This document shows positions 35,916 through 45,523 of a stretch of 64,000 nucleotides of DNA, piece by piece (position 1 is the first letter of the stretch; each line of letters starts with the position of its first letter). The notes beneath the pieces were generated by a model. It did no database searches and was not told where the DNA came from. It was given only the letters and a program-made list of their open reading frames with translations. Source of the stretch: an uncultured Spirochaetia bacterium (GTDB lineage: Bacteria; Spirochaetota; UBA4802; UBA5368); contig CALEGE010000029.1 of the NCBI GenBank assembly GCA_937877025.1, positions 13,696-77,695 of the forward strand, in the 5' to 3' direction. The translations under genes and the position numbers were made by a program.

Positions 35916-37376
35916 AACCTTCCATGTATATAGCGCGATCGATGCCGCGATTGCCGCGTTAAGCGATTCAACATCTCCGCTCATCGGTATAGAAAGAGCG
36001 TCCACCTTCAACGTGTCCGGAATGCCGGGGCCCTCGATCCCCGCAAGCAGCAGAAACCTTTCGGGAAAAACGAACCCGTCGATCGGCGCCCCCCCGCTGT
36101 CGAGCGCCAGAAGCGGCGCGTTTCCCTCTTTCACCGATTGAGCAAACTCGGCGAGCGAGGGGCCCCTGCTGAGGCGCGCGGCGAACACTGCGCCCCCCGA
36201 TGCGCGGATGCTTTTTGGGTGAAATGGGTGAGCGGCCTCGCGCAGCAGCACGATGTGCTGCACGCCGAATCCCACGGCGCTCCTGATAACAGTACCGACG
36301 TTCGACGGGTCCTGAAACGGGATAAGCAGTGTGCAGCCCTCGCCAGCCGTTCGGTCCCATTCGGGGATTTCCGGCGTACGCGCTTCCAGAACCGGGCCGT
36401 TGGTGTTGAATATGTCGATCTCGTTGAACAGGGATTTCTTTACAATATAAAGCCGGCGGTTACGCTGAAACGATCCGATGCAGTCGTTCATGCCGCTGTC
36501 GGTTTCGGCGTAACCGTCGAAGAGCGCCAACGCTTCGCAGAGGCCGGGATGCCGGGTTATTGTTTCGTGCACTTGTTTTTTTCCGGACACGAGTGTTTTC
36601 CCAATTTTCTTTATGCCGTCGGACGATATCAGTTTTTTCATCTCCCTGAATGTCGCGTTTTCCGGCGACGAGATCGGAATGCCCGGCGTTTCGCCGGCCT
36701 GTGAGAGGATGCGATACGTCGTTTTCCGCGCAGAGGAAGTCTTCGTGAATATGAGCAAACGCCTGCCGAACTGAGTGCCGGGCAGCGTATAGTCGCGGTC
36801 GAGCTCGATTTCGTAATCGGCGTCGTGTGACGGCGATATTTTGCGGATATCCTCGTCGGCGGCGGGCCCCTTCATGAAAATCACCCTCCCTCCGCGCGGG
36901 AGGAAATGCGCGACCCTGCCGAGGGTGTCGTCTACCGATTCGAGCGCCCGGGTAATCACGCCCGCGACCTCGAAGACCGAATGCTCCGTCACCATGTGGG
37001 GATAAATCTCCACATTACTGAGGTTCAGCGCCGCCACGGTCTCCGCGAGAAACGCGGCCCGCTTTTTGCGCGGTTCGGCGAGGATGAGGCGAAGATCGGG
37101 CTTCATGATTTTCAGCGGAATCCCCGGAAACCCCGCGCCCGTGCCGATATCGACAAGGGGGGAAGGAAGATCGCAGAGACGCGTAACGAGCGCACAGTCG
37201 ATAAAATGCTTGATAACGATATCCTCGAAACGGTTGAGCCTGGTAAGGTCGAGTTCGTCGTTGTGTTTTTGCAGAAGGGAATAGTACGAGCCGAATTGAT
37301 CAATTTGCGTTCCGGTCAGGGTTAGTCCCGATTGCTGGAAAAGCTGAGCCATTGCCGTTTTTTCAGTTTTACGCAT
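35895..37376 (-). CDS. rsmG: Fusion protein: RsmG (16S rRNA m7G527 methyltransferase) N-terminal domain + SpoU/TrmH-family 2'-O-ribose RNA methyltransferase C-terminal domain
   Basis: N-terminal ~215 aa: VDIGTGAGFPGIPLKI and GidB-like context. C-terminal ~270 aa: SPOUT motifs (PSNVGTVIRSAVGFGV, LLLAGIEGPGIP, VESLNAAIAASIALY). Single uninterrupted ORF. Confidence 0.75.
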   Translation of the reverse strand: MRKTEKTAMAQLFQQSGLTLTGTQIDQFGSYYSLLQKHNDELDLTRLNRFEDIVIKHFIDCALVTRLCDLPSPLVDIGTGAGFPGIPLKIMKPDLRLILAEPRKKRAAFLAETVAALNLSNVEIYPHMVTEHSVFEVAGVITRALESVDDTLGRVAHFLPRGGRVIFMKGPAADEDIRKISPSHDADYEIELDRDYTLPGTQFGRRLLIFTKTSSARKTTYRILSQAGETPGIPISSPENATFREMKKLISSDGIKKIGKTLVSGKKQVHETITRHPGLCEALALFDGYAETDSGMNDCIGSFQRNRRLYIVKKSLFNEIDIFNTNGPVLEARTPEIPEWDRTAGEGCTLLIPFQDPSNVGTVIRSAVGFGVQHIVLLREAAHPFHPKSIRASGGAVFAARLSRGPSLAEFAQSVKEGNAPLLALDSGGAPIDGFVFPERFLLLAGIEGPGIPDTLKVDALSIPMSGDVESLNAAIAASIALYTWKVSRRGPR

Positions 37377-37503
37377 GCATATCTCCTTTGTGTGGGGACA
37401 ATTGTACAGGCCGCCTTCCGCATTTCAAATTAAAAAACTGGTGCAAAATTCGGCGCGGCGCGATACACTGCCGGCATGTCGCATCAGGGTGAGGAGGTAC
37501 GTC

Positions 37504-38061
37504 ATGAAAAAATTTATTATCATCTTTCTTATTATTGTTGGTGTTATTGTCGTGTATCTTGGATATTTCGGTTTTTTTATGATGGTCGCCGTTCGTGAAA
37601 TGGACATGGGACCGTACACGCTCGTTTACAAAAAGCATGTCGGGGATTACGGCAAAACCCCAGCCATACAGAATGAAATATATTATTCCCTCCTGAACAA
37701 CGAAAAAATACGCACGACGAAGGGGTTCGGCATCTATTTCGACGATCCGCGCGAGGTGAAGAAGGAAAACCTCAGAAGCTTTGTGGGATGCATTCTCGAA
37801 AAGAACGACGCCGCTAACGCCGGCAGACTGAAGGCGGCCTATTCGCTGATGGAATATCCGCGGTCGAGAAGCGTTGTTGCCGAATTTCCATTCAGGGGGA
37901 AGCTTTCTATTATCGCGGGAATAATGAAGGCGTATCCGGCGATCGAAAGATATGTGAAAGATAAAGGCTACCGTCAGGCGCCGGTTATGGAGATATACGA
38001 CGTGCCGGCGAAAAAAATCGTGTACGCGCTGCCGCTTACCACAGCACCTGCATGGGATTGA
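37504..38061 (+). CDS. TM-anchored GyrI-like small-molecule-binding domain protein
   Basis: SD GAGGAGG 7 nt before ATG 37504. N-terminal TM, then a GyrI-like pattern (…GFGIYFDDPREV…). The antisense 231-aa ORF is judged a shadow. Confidence 0.45.
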   Translation: MKKFIIIFLIIVGVIVVYLGYFGFFMMVAVREMDMGPYTLVYKKHVGDYGKTPAIQNEIYYSLLNNEKIRTTKGFGIYFDDPREVKKENLRSFVGCILEKNDAANAGRLKAAYSLMEYPRSRSVVAEFPFRGKLSIIAGIMKAYPAIERYVKDKGYRQAPVMEIYDVPAKKIVYALPLTTAPAWD

Positions 38062-38992
38062 CAAGCTTGCCGTTGTGCCACATCGTAAAGTGCAGGTGTG
38101 GGCCGGTTGACCACCCGGTGGAGCCGACTTTCCCGATTATTTTCCCCGCGCTTACGCTCTGTCCGTAGCGCACGTTGATTCGGGAGAGGTGTCCGTAAAG
38201 CGTCTTGAACCCATTCGGGTGTGTGATGACAACCGCGTTCCCGTAGCCGCCCATCCAGCCGCAGGCGGTGACCGTACCCTGGCAGGCGGCGCCCACAAGC
38301 GTGCCGTGCGGCGCGGCGATGTCGACACCGTTATGAAATCCGTGCTGCCGGAATATCGGGTGCATGCGTCCGCCGAAGAATGAGCTGTAGCGTCCCGCAA
38401 GGGGCGAGCGGAACATCTCGCGCAGGGAATATTTCCGGGCCATGCTTTCCGTCATCGCGAGTTCCGTGGGGCGGGCGTCTTTTATAAAAACCGCCAGTGG
38501 CCTCTTCGGGAGAAAGTCACGGTACAGCCTGTACAGAAACGGAAGCTTCTGAATTACGATGGCGTTGTCAGAAACGCCGTAGAGCGTAATGAGTCCTTCA
38601 ATTTCGTTGAAATCGGTGATGAAATGCAGCACTCCTTTTTCGGATGGCACAACAATTCGCTGGCGAAGTCGCGCGGTCAGGCTGTTCCAGTGCGGGTTTG
38701 CTCCCAGAAGCGTATCGATGTTGATGCCGTTTTCGCGCGCAATCTTCCAGAAGTTGTCGCCGCGTTGAATTTCAATGATGCGCAGCGTGATGTCTGTAAA
38801 CCGGATGTTGTTGCTTTCTATATAATTGATGTAATCGTCTTCAGTGGAAAAGAGCGCCTGAGCGCGCATAATCGAGTCGTCTTTTGTGTCACCACCGAAA
38901 GGGAAAAAAACGGAAATAATGATTACGAGAATAATCGCAGCCGCGCATCCAATTATAGAAAAGATATATCGTTTCGGCATTAATAAACCCAT
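38036..38992 (-). CDS. M23-family peptidase with LysM domain
   Basis: LysM (GDNFWKIARENGINIDTLLGANP). M23 motifs (HNGVDIAAPHGT, GSTGWSTGPHLHF). N-terminal TM/signal. Confidence 0.85.
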   Translation of the reverse strand: MGLLMPKRYIFSIIGCAAAIILVIIISVFFPFGGDTKDDSIMRAQALFSTEDDYINYIESNNIRFTDITLRIIEIQRGDNFWKIARENGINIDTLLGANPHWNSLTARLRQRIVVPSEKGVLHFITDFNEIEGLITLYGVSDNAIVIQKLPFLYRLYRDFLPKRPLAVFIKDARPTELAMTESMARKYSLREMFRSPLAGRYSSFFGGRMHPIFRQHGFHNGVDIAAPHGTLVGAACQGTVTACGWMGGYGNAVVITHPNGFKTLYGHLSRINVRYGQSVSAGKIIGKVGSTGWSTGPHLHFTMWHNGKLVNPMQVLW

Positions 38993-39105
38993 CTGCTCGT
39001 GAAGTGTCGCCCTACGCGTGGATGGCTACAGGGAAATGAAAAGAATATATACGCGTGAACGGACGAGTCAAGAATTATTTTACCAAAGTGCCTTTCTCGG
39101 CGGAA

Positions 39106-39134
39106 TAAAAAAAGAGAGTGTGGCTGCACTCTCT
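39106..39134 (-). terminator. Rho-independent terminator after cspA
   Basis: Minus strand: GAGAGTG-cagcca-CACTCTC followed by TTTTTTT. Confidence 0.55.
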
Positions 39135-39162
39135 TAATGGTTTCAAATATGTTTCCGTTAGC

Positions 39163-39363
39163 TTATAGCACTTTAACAGAAACGGCTCGTGGGCCCTTTT
39201 CGCCGTTTTCAACCTCGAATTCAACATTATCACCTTCGGAGAGCGTTTTAAAACCGTCGCCGCCGATTCCCGAGTAATGTACAAACACATCACTACCATC
39301 CTCTTTCCTGATGAACCCGAACCCCTTTTTGTCGTTAAACCATTTAACCACACCCTTCGGCAT
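39163..39363 (-). CDS. cspA: Cold-shock protein (CspA family)
   Basis: RNP motifs KGFGFI and VFVHYS. 66 aa. Confidence 0.95.
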   Translation of the reverse strand: MPKGVVKWFNDKKGFGFIRKEDGSDVFVHYSGIGGDGFKTLSEGDNVEFEVENGEKGPRAVSVKVL

Positions 39364-39484
39364 TGTACAAACTCCTTACAATAAAATTACGGCGTTACGC
39401 CAGCAGAACGACATCCGTCGGTGCGTCCCCGGTACCGCCCGATTTATCCGTTCCGAAGAAACACAGGGGATGGCAGACTGCATT

Positions 39485-39513
39485 AAAACCTTACACAATA
39501 TATATTTTAATCT
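39485..39513 (-). promoter_or_regulatory. Sigma-70-type promoter for cspA with ~100-nt 5'UTR
   Basis: Minus strand: TTGACA-N17-TATTGT. A long leader is typical of cold-shock genes. Confidence 0.4.
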
Positions 39514-39678
39514 AATTTGTCAAATATAATTACTGTCAGACGTTTTTTATTGTTTTGTTTATTGCGTGCCTGTAACATATGCGCGCGGTTGGGCGCAATA
39601 ATATCTATTGACAAATACGGTATGGTACCGTCCTTTAATTGGAATGCAAAGTAAACCGAAAAACCGGGTGCGCCGGAT

Positions 39679-40980
39679 ATGAGCCTGTACGAACTGTTCA
39701 TTGGATTTCGCTATCTCAAGGCGAAGAAGAGCCAGGGATTTATTTCGTTTAATACCGTTCTCTCGATATTTATCGTTTTTATCGGCGTTTTCATTCTTAT
39801 CGTCGTGATATCTGTGATGACGGGCTTTCAGAGCCAGATCAAGGATAAAATAATCGACGTCGATTCACATATCACCGTTGCCACATACTTTGGCGAAAGC
39901 GGCGACGGAATCCGGAATTATGCCGAACTTCAGAAGAAGATCGCGACTGTTGGCGGCGTTACCTCGATCAATCCTTATCTGCAGGGACAGGGGCTTGCCA
40001 GATACAGAACATTTATTACGCCGGTCATGATCCGCGGCATAGGCTCGATAGGCGCGCTGCCGGATGATGTGCGCACATTTATCATCGAGGGCGAGAAAAA
40101 CTACCAAAAAGCCGGTGAGGTCTATATCGGCGCCGAGATGGCGTTCAACAATAATATCCGCGTCGGCGATACGATCGAGTTGATCGTTCCGAGGGGGCGT
40201 CTTACGGCGACGACGGGCGTGACCCCGGGGATGGGATCTTTCAAGATTGCCGGATTTTTTAAGACCGGATATTATGATTTCGATACACGCCTTATACTGA
40301 TGCCGCTTCGATCGGCGCAGGCGCTTTACGGTGTCGGCGATATCGTGTGGGGCATTGGCATCAAGATATACGACATTTATAAAATGGATTACCTTGCGTC
40401 GAAAATTCAATCGGTCATCGGCTTCCAATACCAGACGCTTACCGCCGAACAGCGCAACCAGAACCTGTTTTATGCCCTCAAGCTTGAAAAGCTTATTATG
40501 ACGATCATTCTTTTCCTGGTGGTTATCTCCGCGGGCTTTACCATCATGGGGACGCTGGTCATGGTGGTGATGGAGAAGAAGAAGGCGGTCGGCGTTCTCA
40601 AGTCTATGGGGGCGCGGCCAAACTCCATCATGGCGATCTTTGTGCTCGAGGGTTTCCTCATCGGCGTTATCGGCTCGGTGCTCGGCGTGATTTTCGGGCT
40701 TGCCGCGTCGCTCAATCTCGAAGCCATAATCAGGTGGATTGAGAGGCTTATCAATTTGACCATGACGCATATCTATAAAGCGTTCGATCTTGGCGTGTTT
40801 TACAATATATCGCTTGTGCCCAAGAGCGTGTATTATATCGATACGATACCGGCGGAGATCAATCCGGAGTTTGTCGTACTCATCGCCAGCGTTGCGGTAT
40901 TCCTCGCTACGGTTGCCGCGATATTCCCGTCGTGGCATGCCTCGCGGCTGAAGCCCGTTGAGACGATACGGTACGAGTAA
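39679..40980 (+). CDS. lolC: Lipoprotein-release ABC transporter permease (LolC/LolE, FtsX-like)
   Basis: N-terminal MSLYELFIGFRYLKAKK..., 4-TM FtsX-like C-terminal domain, large periplasmic loop. Confidence 0.85.
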   Translation: MSLYELFIGFRYLKAKKSQGFISFNTVLSIFIVFIGVFILIVVISVMTGFQSQIKDKIIDVDSHITVATYFGESGDGIRNYAELQKKIATVGGVTSINPYLQGQGLARYRTFITPVMIRGIGSIGALPDDVRTFIIEGEKNYQKAGEVYIGAEMAFNNNIRVGDTIELIVPRGRLTATTGVTPGMGSFKIAGFFKTGYYDFDTRLILMPLRSAQALYGVGDIVWGIGIKIYDIYKMDYLASKIQSVIGFQYQTLTAEQRNQNLFYALKLEKLIMTIILFLVVISAGFTIMGTLVMVVMEKKKAVGVLKSMGARPNSIMAIFVLEGFLIGVIGSVLGVIFGLAASLNLEAIIRWIERLINLTMTHIYKAFDLGVFYNISLVPKSVYYIDTIPAEINPEFVVLIASVAVFLATVAAIFPSWHASRLKPVETIRYE

Positions 40981-41008
40981 TCATCGACGATACGAGAATG
41001 AACAGGCA

Positions 41009-41692
41009 ATGGAAGAAGGCCCAATAATACGAATAGAGGATATCGATAAAATTTACGGCGAGGGCGTTAACGCGCTGCGGGTGCTTAAATCGGTGTCGCT
41101 TGAAATCGGCGCCGGCGAGATCGTGTCGATAATGGGGCCCTCGGGCGCCGGAAAATCGACTTTGCTCAATCTTATCGGCTGCCTTGATGGATTCAATTCT
41201 GGACGGCTTAGCATTCTCGGCAGGGACATCTCGAGCTGTTCTGTGGAAGATCTGGCGGGTTTTCGCAACAGGCATATTGGATTCGTGTTCCAGATGCACA
41301 ACCTTCTTCCGGAGTTTACTGCGCTCGAGAACGTGATGATGCCGCTCCTTATCCGCCGCTGCTCGAAGAAGGAGGCAAAAAAAATGGCGGCGGCTGCGAT
41401 AGAGCAATTCAATCTCGGCGATAGGATGCATCATCGTCCGTCCGAGCTTTCCGGCGGCGAATGCCAGCGGATCGCCGTTGCGCGCGCCATCGTTGGCGAG
41501 CCCGACATCATTCTTGCGGACGAGCCGACGGGAAACCTCGACAGGGAAAACTCGCGGCTTCTCACCGACATCATCTTCAGCATGGGCAGAGAGAAGCGTA
41601 TCACCATTGTCGTCGTTACCCACGACAGGGAGATTGCGGGCCGGACGGAGCGAACAATCACGCTTGTCGACGGGAACATCGTAAACGTGTAA
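41009..41692 (+). CDS. lolD: Lipoprotein-release ABC transporter ATP-binding protein LolD
   Basis: Walker A GPSGAGKST, ABC signature LSGGECQRIAVARA, Walker B ILADEPTGNLD. The ORF-track start at 40958 overlaps lolC; ATG 41009 is preferred. Confidence 0.85.
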   Translation: MEEGPIIRIEDIDKIYGEGVNALRVLKSVSLEIGAGEIVSIMGPSGAGKSTLLNLIGCLDGFNSGRLSILGRDISSCSVEDLAGFRNRHIGFVFQMHNLLPEFTALENVMMPLLIRRCSKKEAKKMAAAAIEQFNLGDRMHHRPSELSGGECQRIAVARAIVGEPDIILADEPTGNLDRENSRLLTDIIFSMGREKRITIVVVTHDREIAGRTERTITLVDGNIVNV

Positions 41693-41759
41693 CGCTACGC
41701 ATGCGGCGTGCCGTGTGGCGGTGCGCGCGTGACTATTATATTTGAGAGGATTCGCGATT

Positions 41760-43361
41760 ATGAAGATTGAATTTGTTGGCGGAGCGGGAACGGTTACAGG
41801 GTCTTCGTATATCGTAAAAAACCGCGAGTTTACAATAATGGTCGATTGCGGCATGTTCCAGGGCAAGCGGGAGCTGAAAGAAAGAAATTTCCTGAATCTT
41901 ATATACGACCCGCCGCAGATTGACGCCCTGCTGCTGACGCACGCCCATATCGACCACAGCGGGCTCATCCCCAAAATCGTGAAAGAAGGATACAATAATC
42001 CTATTTTCGCGACCGACGCGACAACAGAGCTGTGTTCCGTGATGCTGCCTGACAGCGCGCATATTCAGGAAATGGACAATGCGTGGATCAACAGGCGGCA
42101 GAAAAAGCTCGGCCGCGACCCCGTGCCGATGCTCTATTCGACGCAGGACGCGCTCGCGGCGCAGCAGTTTTTCAGGCCGGTGAAGTACGGCGAGATGGTG
42201 CAGATACATCCGAAAGTCAGGGCGCGGTTCAGGGACGCGGGACATATTCTGGGATCGTCGTTTATTGAAATGTGGATCGAGGAAAACGGCGCGACGATGA
42301 AAATCGTGTTCTCCGGCGATATCGGATCGAAGGACCAGGTGATAATACGGGACCCGGAGGCGATTGAGGACGCGGATGTATTGCTTATAGAATCGACTTA
42401 TGGAGACAGGCTGCATAAGAACAGGCAGGATACGTACGATGAATTCAAGCAGATTATTCTCGATGCGTACAACAAAAAGGGCAATATCGTGATCCCGTCG
42501 TTTGCCATCGAGCGGACACAGGAAATAATTTTTACGCTGGGCAGGCTGTTCAAATCGGGCGAGCTTCCGAGGATTCCTGTGTATATTGATTCGCCCCTCG
42601 CGATATCCGCAACCGAGATCTTTAAAAAGTACGAGCATGTGTTCCATGATGATACGCGGCAGATTCACCTTTCGGGTGACGATCCCCTGAGTTTTCCGAA
42701 CCTGTATTATACAAAGACGACCGAGGAATCCAAGCGGCTCAACGATACCGCGAAGGGCACCATCATTATATCGGCGTCGGGTATGTGCACGGCCGGGCGG
42801 ATAAAATATCATCTCCAAAACAACCTCTACAGGCCCGAATCGAGCGTTATTTTCGTTGGATACCAGGCGGAGGGCACGCTCGGTAGAAAGCTTGTTGACG
42901 GAGAAAAGCGCGTGAAGATTTATGGCGAGGACGTCGTTGTCCGTGCGAATGTGCATACGCTTGGCGGATTTTCCGCGCACGCCGACAGGGACGGCTTGCT
43001 CGACTGGATGAGCACCATTAAAAACGACCGCCTGAAGGTGTTCGTGGTCCACGGCGAGGAGAATGCGGCGATGAGCTTTGCCGGGTCGATACGAAACAGG
43101 TTTGGATTTGATGCCGTCGTGCCGTCGTGGGGCGAAACCGTCGATCTTGCGACGATGGGCAGGGCGGTCGTTCCCTACGGAGGGAGGGAGACGACGCCTG
43201 TTGACAGCGAGATAGAGCAACTGGCTGTCAACATGAAGCGGCTTCAGGAAAAATACCGCGCTGCCAAAGGCGAAAACAGGCTGTTTCAGTTGAAACGGCT
43301 CGAACAGGATATCAACGACCTGAACGAGATGATACGGATGGTCACCGATGATCTCGGGTGA
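41760..43361 (+). CDS. beta-CASP family MBL-fold ribonuclease (CPSF-like / TTHA0252-like) with C-terminal coiled-coil extension
   Basis: MKIEFVGGAGTVTGSSYIV..., HxHxDH (THAHIDHSG), beta-CASP motifs. ~100-aa C-terminal extra helix. Confidence 0.8.
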   Translation: MKIEFVGGAGTVTGSSYIVKNREFTIMVDCGMFQGKRELKERNFLNLIYDPPQIDALLLTHAHIDHSGLIPKIVKEGYNNPIFATDATTELCSVMLPDSAHIQEMDNAWINRRQKKLGRDPVPMLYSTQDALAAQQFFRPVKYGEMVQIHPKVRARFRDAGHILGSSFIEMWIEENGATMKIVFSGDIGSKDQVIIRDPEAIEDADVLLIESTYGDRLHKNRQDTYDEFKQIILDAYNKKGNIVIPSFAIERTQEIIFTLGRLFKSGELPRIPVYIDSPLAISATEIFKKYEHVFHDDTRQIHLSGDDPLSFPNLYYTKTTEESKRLNDTAKGTIIISASGMCTAGRIKYHLQNNLYRPESSVIFVGYQAEGTLGRKLVDGEKRVKIYGEDVVVRANVHTLGGFSAHADRDGLLDWMSTIKNDRLKVFVVHGEENAAMSFAGSIRNRFGFDAVVPSWGETVDLATMGRAVVPYGGRETTPVDSEIEQLAVNMKRLQEKYRAAKGENRLFQLKRLEQDINDLNEMIRMVTDDLG

Positions 43362-43440
43362 CAGAGGCATTGCGTATTATTGTACGTGTGTTTTTGCTCT
43401 GTTGTGAGCTACACTGAAAGCCGGAGCGGGATTGTAACGT

Positions 43441-44535
43441 ATGTCAGATTCGATTAAAACGATAACCGACAGGGGCCTTTTCGAAGACATTTTCTACAAG
43501 TTTTTTCTCAATCGCGACGTGTTTTTAAAGACATCAAGCGGTGATCTGAAAATACAGTTCTTCGGCTATACCGACGGTATGGCCGCCCTTAAGATACCCT
43601 TCATAAAAAAAATGTACGATACGTGCATTGTTTTTGCGCGTCGTGAAAACCATACATTGTACGCGCACCTCAAGTTTATTGAGAAGCAGGAGGAAGACAT
43701 CTATATATTTACGCCGATCCAGTTTCAGGTGATATCGGCGTCGAGGAAGGACCCCAGAAAAACCGTGGATATCGGCGGCGATGGAAAACAGGTCATATAT
43801 GTCGGTAACCTGATTTCCGATTTCATTATTCAGAATTCCCTGGCGATGGAAAACAAAAAGGTCGATCACGTAAAAGAGATTATACGGTTCGATCTTGAAA
43901 AGCAGTTTAAAATGGTAAAGGTGTATTTCTGCAACGAGGGAATGGGCGATGTACGGATGAAGTTTTTTTATGACGAAAAAAAAACGATTATGATTCCGGA
44001 TTTGAACAAGAAAGAGGCGGCGAAAGACGATACTTTTTTTAAGTTTTATATCAATAACATATACGCTCGCGATTATCATCTGATTAATAGAAAAAACGTC
44101 GTTTCCGAGGTTTCTGTTCCGGTGCTGTATAAAACAAAGATTCCGTACGGGTATATTCAGGTTAATAACTTTACGCCGCTCACTGAATCGGCGCTTCACA
44201 TCGTCAAGCGTATGGCGATTGTTGTCGAGGAGCTGTTCGCGAAATACAAGGTGTTCCCGGTTTCTGACGAGCGCCTGCTTGTTTCGGACGTCTCGCGGCG
44301 CGGCCTGGGGATTGTTTTCCGCGAGCGCCGCTATATACGCTATTTTAAGGAAAACAACTATGTCTATTTCGATATCATCCTCCCCGCTGGCAAAAAGGCA
44401 TCCTGCCTGGCCATGGTGAAGAACATCGGGATTCTCGAAAACAAGATAATTAAAATTGGATGTGAGATTAAGGAGATTGACGCCCTCAGCGAGGTGAATT
44501 ACGAAGAGTACCTCGAATCCCTCGGATTGAAGTAG
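43441..44535 (+). CDS. Hypothetical protein, lower-GC gene, with degenerate PilZ-like C-terminal segment
   Basis: K/E/D-rich 364-aa protein. C-terminal DVSRRGLG fits the PilZ DxSxxG motif, but no RxxxR lies upstream. The antisense 340-aa ORF is judged a shadow. Confidence 0.45.
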   Translation: MSDSIKTITDRGLFEDIFYKFFLNRDVFLKTSSGDLKIQFFGYTDGMAALKIPFIKKMYDTCIVFARRENHTLYAHLKFIEKQEEDIYIFTPIQFQVISASRKDPRKTVDIGGDGKQVIYVGNLISDFIIQNSLAMENKKVDHVKEIIRFDLEKQFKMVKVYFCNEGMGDVRMKFFYDEKKTIMIPDLNKKEAAKDDTFFKFYINNIYARDYHLINRKNVVSEVSVPVLYKTKIPYGYIQVNNFTPLTESALHIVKRMAIVVEELFAKYKVFPVSDERLLVSDVSRRGLGIVFRERRYIRYFKENNYVYFDIILPAGKKASCLAMVKNIGILENKIIKIGCEIKEIDALSEVNYEEYLESLGLK

Positions 44536-45302
44536 AGCCAAACGACGGGTGCGCATTCATCCTTCGAACCGGCCGCCGTTTCGCAGACGCACACGGCTTT
44601 CGCGTCGAACGACGCAGCCGCGAACATGATAGTGCCGCCGATGCGATGAACAACATACCGTGCGTCCGTTTTGCCGCCCATGTGAGCATCCATGACAGCA
44701 ATCGTTTCGCCGATGACGCATTCGGTGTTTTTCAGTGCGTCGAAAATGCCGCCCCCCGTGAGCTTTGCGTACGATTCCTTGAGCGTCCATATCCGGAAAA
44801 ATTCTTCATCGGCGAATTCGCTATTACGCAGGTGCGCAAACTCGCGTTTGGTAAAAAAACGTTGCGCTGTTCCGGCAGGCGCGTTGCGCACCTTCTCAAC
44901 ATCAATGCCGACGTGCGCCAGCGCGAACGCCGTCGCGACGAGGCCTTCCGTATACGAGATGCTTATATGGATCCGCTCCATGTCTGCGCCGGCCGACGAG
45001 AGGCGGCCGGCTGCGTCGGCCTCCAGTGACACATTCGTTGGTGGAACTTCCACAGCCAGTTGCGCGATTATGCCCTTCACGATGATACGGGAAAGCAGAA
45101 ACTGCAGACGCTTTGATGGCACAGAAATTTTGTAGTAGCGGTTCAGTTCCCCGGCGTCGAGAATGCGCCGTTCGCTGCCCGCCGGGAAAAAATTCCGGCC
45201 TGTATGGCGGCACATGACACACATCACGATGCCGTCCCGCAAATGTGCGAACCATTCGGATGCGTTGATTTGTGGCGCCGGGGGCGCGGTGATGCGTGTC
45301 AT
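44499..45302 (-). CDS. Sfp-type 4'-phosphopantetheinyl transferase
   Basis: GIDVEKV and FFRIWTLKESYAKLTGGG PPTase motifs. SD GGGAG 9 nt upstream of ATG 45302. The ORF track extends 62 codons further upstream, probably spuriously. Confidence 0.7.
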   Translation of the reverse strand: MTRITAPPAPQINASEWFAHLRDGIVMCVMCRHTGRNFFPAGSERRILDAGELNRYYKISVPSKRLQFLLSRIIVKGIIAQLAVEVPPTNVSLEADAAGRLSSAGADMERIHISISYTEGLVATAFALAHVGIDVEKVRNAPAGTAQRFFTKREFAHLRNSEFADEEFFRIWTLKESYAKLTGGGIFDALKNTECVIGETIAVMDAHMGGKTDARYVVHRIGGTIMFAAASFDAKAVCVCETAAGSKDECAPVVWLYFNPRDSRYSS

Positions 45303-45523
45303 TGTAGCGGACTCCCTGCTGACATCGGCTTTATCCTGTTGCATACGTGTGTGCCTGGTAATCGTATTTTCCGGGTCCGGGTGATTTTGCACAATAAAAA
45401 AATTCAACGCGAAACAGTCGAGAACAGGAATATTCAAAATATGTTTTGTGCGAAATACGCCTGCGAAATCGCTGTGTAAATTGCGCATATCGCCGCCGAC
45501 GTGCTTGATTTTTATCTTCGGTC

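Noticed and set aside
37369-38064. 231-aa minus-strand ORF overlapping the GyrI-like gene
   Set aside because: The + strand ORF has an excellent SD (GAGGAGG), a TM anchor and a GyrI-like pattern. The minus-strand product is Arg-rich and featureless.
43534-44556. 340-aa antisense ORF opposite the 364-aa hypothetical gene
   Set aside because: The antisense product is dominated by R/L/F/N codons, as expected from reading an AT-rich gene backwards. The + strand protein has a balanced composition.
44521-44590. GGTTCGAA-like segment on the minus strand as a possible tRNA T-arm
   Set aside because: No acceptor, D or anticodon stem pairing can be built around it, and it lies within overlapping coding sequence.
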